From Bosea sp. (in: a-proteobacteria) (GTDB lineage Bacteria > Pseudomonadota > Alphaproteobacteria > Rhizobiales > Beijerinckiaceae), in NCBI RefSeq assembly GCF_048595345.1, contig NZ_JBMDWH010000173.1, forward strand, positions 32,221 through 96,220: 64,000 nt of DNA. Direction: 5' to 3'. A model generated the notes under the pieces. That model was not told where the DNA came from and did not search any database. It worked only from the letters and a program-made list of their open reading frames with translations. A program made the translations under genes and the position numbers. This document shows positions 19,231 through 27,296 of the stretch, piece after piece (positions within the stretch are counted from its first letter, which is position 1; each line of letters starts with the position of its first letter).

Positions 19231-20253
19231 TCAGACCGGCTTCAGCCGATAGTGGTTCACGCCCCAGGAGGCGCCGCCCGCATGGCCGAACAGGCCGCTC
19301 GTCGCCAGGAAGAACAGGCGCCAGCGGCGCCGCCAGAGAGAAGCGTCGTCGCCGTAGACCGAGCGCAGGATCGGCTCGATCTCAGGCAGGTTCCGGTCGT
19401 AGTTTTCGAGCCAGTGCTCGGCCGTGAGGCGGTAGTGCTCGCCGCTCCAGCGCCAGTCCTGCTCCACCGTGAACAGATCCGGGAACTGATGGGCCAGCGC
19501 GGCGCTCGGCATGATGCCGCCGGTGAAGAAATGCTGCGCGATCCAGTCCCCCGTATCGGCGACGTCGAAACGATAGCAGCCGGTCGCATGGGTGAAGACA
19601 TGCAGGAACAGGCGGCCCTCGGGCTTCAGCCAGCCGCGCACGCGCTCGAGCAACGACCGCCAGTTCGCCATGTGCTCGAACATCTCCACCGAGACGACCC
19701 GGTCGAATTGCTCCTGCGTCGCAAAGTCATTCATGTCGGCGGTGACGACGGTGAGATTGGTCAGGCCGCGCTCGCGCGCCTGTTCCTCGATGAAAGCGCG
19801 CTGCGAAGCCGAGTTGGACACCGAGACGATCCGCCCCTGCGGGTAATGCTGAGCCATCCACAGCGACAGAGAGCCCCAGCCGCAGCCCAGTTCGAGGATC
19901 ATCTGGCCGTCGGCGAGCCCGGCATGCTCGGCGGTCAGCGCCAGTGCGGTTTCCTCGGCCGTGGCGAGGCTGTCGGCGGGCGAGTTGTAGTAGCAGCAGG
20001 AATATTTGCGGCGCGGCCCCAGCACCTTCTCGAAGAACGCGGCCGGCACCTCGTAATGCTGCGCATTGGCGGCGTCGGTATGCATCGCGATCGGGAAGGA
20101 CGCCATGTCTCGCGCGAAGCCGGCGGTGTCGATCGGCGCGCGGGCGAGGTCGCGATCGGTGCGCCCGACCAGCGAGCCGATCACCATGCGGCTCACCGCA
20201 TCCGGCACCGGCAAGGCCTCGCCCCAGTTCGACAGCTTCTGCATGATCGTCAT
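19231..20253 (-). CDS. CFA-synthase-family SAM-dependent methyltransferase (short, ~340 aa)
   Basis: Start at MTIMQKL overlaps the upstream stop in an ATGA. Motifs HYEVPAAFFEKVLGPRRKYSCCYY, ILELGCGWGSL and SVEMFEHM. Confidence 0.85.
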   Translation of the reverse strand: MTIMQKLSNWGEALPVPDAVSRMVIGSLVGRTDRDLARAPIDTAGFARDMASFPIAMHTDAANAQHYEVPAAFFEKVLGPRRKYSCCYYNSPADSLATAEETALALTAEHAGLADGQMILELGCGWGSLSLWMAQHYPQGRIVSVSNSASQRAFIEEQARERGLTNLTVVTADMNDFATQEQFDRVVSVEMFEHMANWRSLLERVRGWLKPEGRLFLHVFTHATGCYRFDVADTGDWIAQHFFTGGIMPSAALAHQFPDLFTVEQDWRWSGEHYRLTAEHWLENYDRNLPEIEPILRSVYGDDASLWRRRWRLFFLATSGLFGHAGGASWGVNHYRLKPV

Positions 20254-21053
20254 GGCGCGTTTCCTTTGGGCGGCAGGGGGATGAGCGGGCTGGTCCGGCG
20301 CTGATAGGCGCGATAGGCCTCGCCATGCTTGGAAACCATGTGTTCCTCGAGCGGTGGGATGCCCGAAATCCGTGCGAGGAGCAGCGTGATGCAGGCCGGC
20401 GCCAGCCAGGCGAGCCAGCCCCAGGCGAAGCCGGGACTCGTCGCGATCACGGCATAGGCGGTCCACAGCACGCATTCGAAGAAGTAATTGGGATGGCGCG
20501 ACCAGGCCCACAGGCCGCGGTCGCAGACGCTCTTCGCGCCCGAGCGCGCGAAGGCGCGCAACTGCGAATCCGCTACGCCGCCGCCGATGATTCCGGCGGC
20601 GAAAACCGCCAGCCCAAGCCAGTCCTGCCAATCGCCGAAGGGCGCCGGACGATGCGCTGCGAGGATCACGCCCAGCGCCAAGGGCACGCTGGCGACCGCC
20701 TGGATCTGGAGCAACCCGGCGATCTTCCGGCCGGCCTGATCGCCCCAGTCGCGCTTCATCTTCGCATAGCGCGGATCGTCGCCGATGCCGCGGGTGCGCC
20801 CGGCGATATGCAGCCCGAGCCGGAGCGCCCAGGCGACGATCAGCGCGCCGACGACGAGCCGCCTGCTCAGCGGCCCGTCACCGAAGGGCAGCAGCACGCC
20901 GCACAACCCGGTGAAACCGAGGCCGAACGTCCAGACCACGTCGATCCAGCCCGAATTGCCGGTTCGCCGCTCGATGAGCGTGGCGCCGGCCATGATCGCC
21001 GCCATCGCCAGCCATAAGCACAGAAGCGCCAGGCCGAGCGAGGCGGCCGTCAA
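20250..21053 (-). CDS. DUF1295 (steroid-reductase/ICMT-like) membrane protein
   Basis: Multi-pass membrane protein with DPRYAKMKRDWG and GLWAWSRHPNYFFE. Start overlaps the chrR stop by 4 nt. Confidence 0.8.
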   Translation of the reverse strand: MTAASLGLALLCLWLAMAAIMAGATLIERRTGNSGWIDVVWTFGLGFTGLCGVLLPFGDGPLSRRLVVGALIVAWALRLGLHIAGRTRGIGDDPRYAKMKRDWGDQAGRKIAGLLQIQAVASVPLALGVILAAHRPAPFGDWQDWLGLAVFAAGIIGGGVADSQLRAFARSGAKSVCDRGLWAWSRHPNYFFECVLWTAYAVIATSPGFAWGWLAWLAPACITLLLARISGIPPLEEHMVSKHGEAYRAYQRRTSPLIPLPPKGNAP

Positions 21054-21673
21054 AATCGCACCAGCGGCTGCAGCATCCGCCCGAACCAGCCCTGCAGCAG
21101 CACATCGCCCGTCAGCGCCACGATGCAGATGCAGCCCTCGACCGGATCGACGCGGGGGGTGTGCTCGTGCTCGGCATCGGCCTCGTCGAAATCGCCGGCG
21201 CCGAAGCGGCCGAACTCGTGCTCATAAGCACCGGACAGGATGGTGGTCCATTCGAAGCCGGTATGTTTGTGGTTCGGCAAGGCGACACCCGGGCCGGCCT
21301 TCAGCATGAAGACGCGCGCCTGCGAGCCGGGCACTTCGACCCGCCGCATGGCGAGGCGCAGGCCGATCTTCCGCCAGGGGCCGAGTTCATAAGGCGCAAG
21401 CACCTGCGGCATGCCCGGCTCATGCGCGACGGGGACACGCCGGGCCGGCATGGCGGGCATCCGTGCGAGCGCCTCGGCCGCGGTCAGCTCCATTTCTTCA
21501 GGCTCCACCGCATCGAGCAGGGAGCCGTGGACGGACTGGAAATCGCGGGCGCGCGCCCGGCTGGAGCGGTCGATTTCGAGGTGGCTCGCGACGACCAGGG
21601 CCAAACCATCATCCAAACGGCCGGCGGCGAAGGCGGCCAGCGTCTCGTCGGAAGGGCGATGGGTGACGCTCAT
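21050..21673 (-). CDS. chrR: ChrR-family anti-sigma-E factor (N-terminal anti-sigma domain plus C-terminal cupin)
   Basis: The N-terminus aligns to ChrR (THRPSDETLAAFAAGRLDDGLALVVASHLEIDRSS). Cupin motif NHKHTGFEWTTILSG...HE. Start overlaps the rpoE stop by 4 nt. Confidence 0.85.
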   Translation of the reverse strand: MSVTHRPSDETLAAFAAGRLDDGLALVVASHLEIDRSSRARARDFQSVHGSLLDAVEPEEMELTAAEALARMPAMPARRVPVAHEPGMPQVLAPYELGPWRKIGLRLAMRRVEVPGSQARVFMLKAGPGVALPNHKHTGFEWTTILSGAYEHEFGRFGAGDFDEADAEHEHTPRVDPVEGCICIVALTGDVLLQGWFGRMLQPLVRF

Positions 21674-22290
21674 CGCAGATCCTCCAGCCGCGAGCGCAGA
21701 TGCGCCAGCGCCAGCCGCAGCCGCGACTTGACCGTGCCGAGCGGAATCGACAAACGACTAGCCACCTCCTGATGGCTGAACCCTTCGAGGAAGGCGAGTT
21801 CGACGACGCGATACTGTTCTTTGGAAAGCCCGGTCATGGCCGCCCTCACCCGCGCCTCGCGCTGGGCGCCGGAAAGGGTCTCGTCGGGTTGCTCTGGGGA
21901 TTCTTCATCGAGGATCTCATAGACTTGCGAAAGCCGCGAGCGTGCCTCGCGACGGGCGATATCGATCCGCTGGTTGCGCGCGATCGTGGCGATCCAGGTC
22001 GAGGCACTGGCCTTGCCCGGGTCGAACAATGCGGCTTTGCGCCAGACCGAGAACAACGTCTCCTGCGCGATTTCCTCGGCGAGCTCCGCCGAGGCGCCGC
22101 CGCGCATGAGCAACCCCTTCACGCGCGGAGCGAAATGGTCGAACAGCTGCGCAAAAGCGTCCCGGTCGGCCGAGCGCGCAATGGCGGCGATCAGAGCGTT
22201 GGGGTCGAACAAGGCGACGAACCGGTAGCGCTGCGTGGCGGCCCGCGCCGCACGCATCTCCGAGAAGGGTATGACGAGCGCCGAGGCCAT
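21670..22290 (-). CDS. rpoE: ECF sigma factor RpoE (sigma-24 family)
   Basis: Region 2 FAQLFDHFAPRVKGLLMR ... ETLFSVWRKAALFD ... STWIATIARNQRID and region 4 EGFSHQEVASRLSIPLGTVKSRLRLAL. The start is uncertain (22290 or 22257). Confidence 0.85.
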   Translation of the reverse strand: MASALVIPFSEMRAARAATQRYRFVALFDPNALIAAIARSADRDAFAQLFDHFAPRVKGLLMRGGASAELAEEIAQETLFSVWRKAALFDPGKASASTWIATIARNQRIDIARREARSRLSQVYEILDEESPEQPDETLSGAQREARVRAAMTGLSKEQYRVVELAFLEGFSHQEVASRLSIPLGTVKSRLRLALAHLRSRLEDLR

Positions 22291-22295
22291 ATCAA

Positions 22296-22323
22296 CATAC
22301 GGCCCCGTTGCGAAGGCGGTTCA
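22296..22323 (-). promoter_or_regulatory. ECF-type promoter candidate TGAACC-N17-GTATG immediately upstream of rpoE (autoregulation)
   Basis: Minus strand reads TGAACC gccttcgcaacggggcc GTATG ttgat ATG. Confidence 0.5.
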
Positions 22324-22353
22324 CTGCCGGGTGAGGATCGGGCGCGGTCGTCA

Positions 22354-22722
22354 TCAGTCGACCGCCTTCCAGCCGACGTCCCGGCACAGCAGCTTGGCGA
22401 GAATGCAGCCGCGCGTGGTCAATTCGCCCTTTCCCACCTTGACCGTCATCGAATAGGTGGAGTCGCGTTTGGCGTCATAGGCAGTGCCGGAAAAGCTGCC
22501 GTCCGGCTGCTGCGACAGGTCCATCACCAGCTTGTCGCCGGGAGCCTCGCCCTTGCTGGTGTCGCCGATCCACAGATTGGTTGCGCAGATCTTGTCGCCG
22601 CAGGGGGCTATGCGGACCCGGGCGTTTCCGTCATCGCGCATCCAGGTGCCGTCCAGAGCCTGCGGGGAGGCGAAGGCGGCGCTCGGTAGAATGAGCATTG
22701 CGGCAAGCAGGAAGCGTTTCAT
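22354..22722 (-). CDS. DUF2147 periplasmic protein
   Basis: Signal peptide MKRFLLAAMLILPSAAFA, followed by DGTWMRDDGNARVRIAPCGDKICATNLW. Confidence 0.8.
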   Translation of the reverse strand: MKRFLLAAMLILPSAAFASPQALDGTWMRDDGNARVRIAPCGDKICATNLWIGDTSKGEAPGDKLVMDLSQQPDGSFSGTAYDAKRDSTYSMTVKVGKGELTTRGCILAKLLCRDVGWKAVD

Positions 22723-22776
22723 GTCCTGTCCTTTCCGTAGCGTTGCCGACATCTACGCGGCGCCCCCGCATCCGGT

Positions 22777-23361
22777 TCACGCATCGCGCGGCGATTTCGC
22801 GCGCTCTCGGGCGAAGACCCAGCCGATCAGCGCTGTAAGCGAGGCGGCGCTCAGGAGATTGAGCCGCTGGAAGGCGGCATATTCGTCAGCCGTGTAGTGA
22901 TGCAGCGGCTCGATAAACTGTTCGATTGGCGCGAGCAGGATCGCGAAGCACAGCGCCGCGAAGCCGAGCGCCAGGCCCCGCCGTTCCGGCATGAACAGCA
23001 GCATCGACAGGATCAGGCACGGGAACAGAAACACAGCGACGCCGGAGGCCGCGCCGAAGGCGGCGATGCAGAGCAGCGTATTGCCGATGCCTGCCGCCAG
23101 CATCACGCCGCGCCCCAGAAGCGCGCTGCGGCGGGCGAGCAGCGGCGCGGCCAGAAAGAGGGGCGTCGAGAGAAAGGTGAGGAAGGATGGCCAGATGACG
23201 GGCGAAACCGCCCAGCGCAGATAGAGCGGATAGAAGGGCTGGTTAGAGAGAATGACCAGCGCCACCGTATTGGCGAGAGCGGTTCGCCCATCCGGGTGCG
23301 AGCTCAAGCGGCCGATCGCCCCGGCCATCTTCGTCCATGCACTTGCCAGCATCACTGCCAT
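22777..23361 (-). CDS. hypothetical multi-pass membrane protein
   Basis: 194 aa with 5-6 hydrophobic segments. No family recognised, and the start is uncertain (23361, 23352 or 23328). Confidence 0.5.
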   Translation of the reverse strand: MAVMLASAWTKMAGAIGRLSSHPDGRTALANTVALVILSNQPFYPLYLRWAVSPVIWPSFLTFLSTPLFLAAPLLARRSALLGRGVMLAAGIGNTLLCIAAFGAASGVAVFLFPCLILSMLLFMPERRGLALGFAALCFAILLAPIEQFIEPLHHYTADEYAAFQRLNLLSAASLTALIGWVFARERAKSPRDA

Positions 23362-23445
23362 CTCCTCACCCGGCTCATACGGATGCGGCGGCCGCGCAGG
23401 TCACCTGGAGGGGACGATGAGGCGGGGGAAAGCGGGCGATCGGGC

Positions 23446-23473
23446 AGATCCAATCCAGACCTGCCCGCGTATA
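23446..23473 (+). promoter_or_regulatory. ECF-type promoter candidate AGATCC-N17-GTATA upstream of the FAD-oxidoreductase operon
   Basis: Same pattern as 18611..18638 and 22296..22323. It ends 30 nt before the ATG. Confidence 0.45.
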
Positions 23474-23503
23474 GGTTCCTGAAAGACCAGTTTAGGTCCG
23501 GGA

Positions 23504-24850
23504 GTGACGATGCAGCGGAATGGACAACAGCGCAGGCGCGTCGCGGTGATCGGTGCCGGTGTCGCTGGGCTCTCCTCGGCCTGGCTGCTGGCGAAGGCCC
23601 ATGACGTCGTCCTGTTCGAATCCGAGCCGAGGCTCGGCGGCCACGCCCACACGGTGCGCGTGCCGGACGGAAAGGGCGGGGAAACGCCCGTCGATACCGG
23701 CTTCATCGTCTACAACGAGAAGACCTATCCGAACTTCGTCGCGTTGCTCGCCCATCTCGGCGTCGCCACCTGCGCGACCGAGATGTCCTTCGCCGTCTCG
23801 CTGGACGGCGGCGCGCTCGAATACAGCGGCACCAGCCTGTCCGGGCTGTTTGCGCAGCGGCGCAATCTGGCGAGCCCGCGCTTCTGGTCGATGCTCCAGG
23901 ATATCGTGCGCTTCTATCGCAGTGCGACACAGGACGCGCAAACGGGATTGAGCGCGGGCACGACGCTCGGCGACTACCTCGCCGCCGGCGGTTACGGCGC
24001 TGCCTTCCGCGACGACCATCTGCTGCCGATGGCGGCGGCGATCTGGTCTGCGCCCTGCGCCGAGATGCTGGCCTATCCGGCCGAGGCCTTCCTGCGTTTT
24101 CACCACAATCACGGCCTGCTGCAGCTGACAGATAGACCGGTATGGCGCACCGTGTCGGGCGGCAGCATCGGCTATGTCGACAAGCTGGCGCTCGACTTTG
24201 CCGGGGAGATCCGCCTGTCGGCGCCCGTCCGTGAAGTGCGGCGGCTGGCGACGGGCGTCACGGTCGCCGGCGAGGGCTGGAGCGAGAGCTTCGACGATGT
24301 CGTCTTCGCCACCCATGCCGACCGGACGCTGGCGATGCTGGCCGATGCCGACCCGCTGGAGCAGCGGGCGCTCGGCGCCTTCCGCTACAGCGTGAACCGT
24401 GCGGTGCTGCATAGCGATGCCGCCCTGATGCCTCGGCGCCGCCGGGCCTGGGCGAGCTGGAACCATCTCGGCGACCGCAGCCGGCCGCATGACGCTTGCG
24501 CCGTCACCTACTGGATGAACCTGTTGCAGGGCCTGCCGGCCGATAACCCGCTCTTAGTCACGCTCAACCCGCCGGAGAGCCTTCGGCAGGAGACGATCCT
24601 GCGTGAAGACGTCTACGAGCACCCGGTCTTCGATCGCGCCGCGCTCAGTGCCCAGCAGAGCTTGTGGGATCTTCAGGGCACGCGCCGCAGCTGGTTCTGC
24701 GGCGCCTATTTCGGCTCCGGTTTCCATGAGGACGGCCTGCAATCAGGCCTGGCCGTCGCCGAGGAGCTCGGCGGCGTGCGCCGGCCCTGGCAGGTGGCAG
24801 AGGAATCGGGCCGCATCCCGCGCAAGACCCTGCGCGAGCTGGCGGCATGA
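23504..24850 (+). CDS. FAD/NAD(P)-binding amine-oxidase-family oxidoreductase (UfaD-like position)
   Basis: Dinucleotide fold RRVAVIGAGVAGLSSAWLLAKAHDVVLFESEPRLGGH. It is followed, with 4-nt overlaps, by DUF1365 and a CFA synthase. Confidence 0.85.
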   Translation: MTMQRNGQQRRRVAVIGAGVAGLSSAWLLAKAHDVVLFESEPRLGGHAHTVRVPDGKGGETPVDTGFIVYNEKTYPNFVALLAHLGVATCATEMSFAVSLDGGALEYSGTSLSGLFAQRRNLASPRFWSMLQDIVRFYRSATQDAQTGLSAGTTLGDYLAAGGYGAAFRDDHLLPMAAAIWSAPCAEMLAYPAEAFLRFHHNHGLLQLTDRPVWRTVSGGSIGYVDKLALDFAGEIRLSAPVREVRRLATGVTVAGEGWSESFDDVVFATHADRTLAMLADADPLEQRALGAFRYSVNRAVLHSDAALMPRRRRAWASWNHLGDRSRPHDACAVTYWMNLLQGLPADNPLLVTLNPPESLRQETILREDVYEHPVFDRAALSAQQSLWDLQGTRRSWFCGAYFGSGFHEDGLQSGLAVAEELGGVRRPWQVAEESGRIPRKTLRELAA

Positions 24851-25650
24851 GCCTTCGTTCGGCCCTCTATGTCGGCCGCGTGCGGCATCACCGCTTCCGG
24901 CCCAAACCCCACGCGCTGGCCTACCGCGTCTTCTGGATGCTGCTCGATCTCGACGAGATCGACACGCTGGCCGCCCGCAACCGCTTCTTTTCACGCAACC
25001 GCTTCAATCTCTACTGCTTCCGCGATGCCGATTACGGCGACCGCAGCGGCAGGCCGCTGCGCGGGCAGGTGGAAGAAGCACTGGCCAAGGCCGGTATCGA
25101 TTGGGATGGTGGCCCGCTGCGGTTGCTGACGATGCCGCGGATCCTCGGCTATGCCTTCAACCCGCTCAGCACCTGGTTCTGCTATGGGCGGGACGGCGCT
25201 CTGCGCGCGACGATCTACGAGGTCCACAACACCTTCGGCGAGATCCACAGCTATGTCGCGCCGGCCGGGGGCGAGCCGAATCTGGTCCGGCAGGAAGCCG
25301 AGAAGCGCTTCCACGTCTCGCCCTTCATGGGGCTGTCGATGCGCTACGCCTTCCGGGTCGAGCCTCCGGCGGAGAGGATGGCGATCTCGATCGACGGCCA
25401 TGACGGCGAAGGCCGGCTCATCTCCGCCACGATGAGCGGCACCCGCCGGCCGATCGACGACCGCACCTTGCTTCGCCTGCTGGCGAGCCACCCGCTGCTG
25501 ACGCTGAAGGTGACGGCGGCTATCCACTGGCATGCGCTGCGGCTGCTCGCCAAGCGCATCCCCTGGTGGAACCACCCGGCGCCCCCCGAGACGCCCTTCA
25601 GCCCCGCCCATCTCGTGACGTCCCCGGCGAAAGGATCGCTGCAGCCATGA
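24847..25650 (+). CDS. DUF1365 protein (UfaO-like position)
   Basis: LYVGRVRHHRFRPKPHALAYRVFWMLLDLDEID ... GYAFNPLSTWFCY. ATGA overlaps on both sides. Confidence 0.85.
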   Translation: MSLRSALYVGRVRHHRFRPKPHALAYRVFWMLLDLDEIDTLAARNRFFSRNRFNLYCFRDADYGDRSGRPLRGQVEEALAKAGIDWDGGPLRLLTMPRILGYAFNPLSTWFCYGRDGALRATIYEVHNTFGEIHSYVAPAGGEPNLVRQEAEKRFHVSPFMGLSMRYAFRVEPPAERMAISIDGHDGEGRLISATMSGTRRPIDDRTLLRLLASHPLLTLKVTAAIHWHALRLLAKRIPWWNHPAPPETPFSPAHLVTSPAKGSLQP

Positions 25651-26876
25651 CCTGGCGTGAAAACGACCATGCGAGCGCCCATGACGCCGCCCTCTCTCTG
25701 CCCGAAGGCCTTGGCCTCTCCGCCTGGTTCCTGCGCCGTCTCCTCGCCCGCATCGCCGTCGGCCGGCTCAGCATCGTGACGCCGCAGGGCGAGAGGCTTT
25801 CCAGCGGGCCGGCCGCGCCCGGGCCGCATGCGGTGATCGTGCTGCATCGCTGGCGCGCCATGCGTCGCCTGATCCTCGATGGCGATATCGGCCTCGCCGA
25901 GGCCTATCGCGACGGGGATTTCAGCACGCCGGACCTGACCGCCCTCATCGAACTCGGCGCCCGCAACGATGCGACCGTGCGCGACCTCGTCTCCGGAACC
26001 TGGCTCGCCAGAGTTTTCAACCGGCTGCGCCATCGGCGGAACGCCAACAGCCGCGCCGGCAGCCGCCGCAACATTACGGCGCATTACGACCTCGGCAATG
26101 CGTTCTACGGCCACTGGCTCGACCCGAGCATGACCTATTCCGCCGCGCTCTATGAGTCTCCGGCCGAGAGCCTGGAACGCGCACAGGAACGTAAGCTCGA
26201 CCGCATCGTCGCCATGCTCGATCTGAAGGGCGGCGAGCATGTGCTGGAGATCGGCTGTGGCTGGGGCGCGCTGGCCGAGCGCCTGGCCCGCGCCGGCTGC
26301 CGCGTGACGGCCATCACCCTCTCGCCATCGCAGCTCGCTTTCGCGCAGGAGCGGATCGACCGTGCAGGCCTGGCCGACCGCGTAGAGCTGCGCCTTCAGG
26401 ACTATCGCGACGTCACCGGCCGGTTCGACCGGGTCGTTTCGATCGAGATGATCGAAGCGGTGGGCCGGGCCTATTGGCCGTCCTATTTCGCCACGATCGC
26501 GCGCTCCCTGCAGCCGGGCGGCTCGGCCGTGCTTCAGGCCATCACCATCGATCCGGCCCTGTTCGAATCCTATCAGAGCGGCACCGACTTCATTCAGCGC
26601 TTCATCTTCCCGGGCGGCTGCCTGCCATCTTTAGAGGCGATCGCGGCATCGGCACGGTCCCAGGGGATGGCGACGGGCGAGCGGCTGGATTTCGGGGAAG
26701 GCTATGCGCTGACGCTCAAGGAATGGCGCCACCGCTTCCTTCAGCAATGGCCGCAAATCGCCAAGCTCGGCTTCGACGAACCGTTCCGGCGCATCTGGGA
26801 ATTCTATCTCTGCTATTGCGAGGCCGGCTTCCGGGCCAAGACCATCGATGTGAGTCTGGTCACGCTGAAGACCTGA
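25647..26876 (+). CDS. cyclopropane-fatty-acyl-phospholipid-synthase-family methyltransferase (~409 aa)
   Basis: HYDLGNAFYGHWLDPSMTYSAALY, VLEIGCGWGALA, SIEMIEAVG and FPGGCLPS. Confidence 0.9.
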   Translation: MTWRENDHASAHDAALSLPEGLGLSAWFLRRLLARIAVGRLSIVTPQGERLSSGPAAPGPHAVIVLHRWRAMRRLILDGDIGLAEAYRDGDFSTPDLTALIELGARNDATVRDLVSGTWLARVFNRLRHRRNANSRAGSRRNITAHYDLGNAFYGHWLDPSMTYSAALYESPAESLERAQERKLDRIVAMLDLKGGEHVLEIGCGWGALAERLARAGCRVTAITLSPSQLAFAQERIDRAGLADRVELRLQDYRDVTGRFDRVVSIEMIEAVGRAYWPSYFATIARSLQPGGSAVLQAITIDPALFESYQSGTDFIQRFIFPGGCLPSLEAIAASARSQGMATGERLDFGEGYALTLKEWRHRFLQQWPQIAKLGFDEPFRRIWEFYLCYCEAGFRAKTIDVSLVTLKT

Positions 26877-27107
26877 TCTTTCTGTCCTCGCTCGTCCAAG
26901 GCGCCGATGGCGCCTGACGGTGCTGAGGGTCGCTGCGGCCGATGCGCGTCATGAGCTTGGGAGCCAGAACCGCGCCGGAATCCTCATGGCTCGAGGGAGC
27001 TGAATAAGACGAGTGATCAAAAGTCGCAGTTGCAACCAGGAGCGAACCTGTCACATATTCGTAGCAAGGCCTGGGCGGAACAGGTCTGCGACAAGATGGG
27101 GGAAACG

Positions 27108-27218
27108 ATGATCGTGTGGATTGGGATCGCTTGGCTGGTCTGCACCGCGATCTTTCTCGAACTCGCCAATCGCGCCCCGGTTTTCGAAACCATTCCCCTG
27201 CGTAAACGCAAATCTTGA
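27108..27218 (+). CDS. candidate 36-aa hydrophobic micro-protein (copy 1)
   Basis: GGGGG lies 5 nt before the ATG. MIVWIGIAWLVCTAIFLELANRAPVFETIPLRKRKS is paralogous to 29066..29152, with synonymous codon differences in the shared core. Confidence 0.4.
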   Translation: MIVWIGIAWLVCTAIFLELANRAPVFETIPLRKRKS

Positions 27219-27296
27219 GCGGCTGACGGAGGCTCACCCGTTCGACGTCGGGATCGCGCCATGGCGCGATCCCCCAAGCAGTCCGGCTTTCGAGCC

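Noticed and set aside
26877-27107. GAACC and GATCA strings downstream of the CFA synthase, as a fourth sigmaE-type promoter for micro-ORF copy 1.
   Set aside because: No GTAT element lies at the required 17-nt spacing.
18487-27296. Genomic island integrated at the tRNA gene.
   Set aside because: No integrase, excisionase, transposase or visible direct repeat of the tRNA 3' end was found. The content is a conserved alphaproteobacterial stress regulon rather than mobile cargo.
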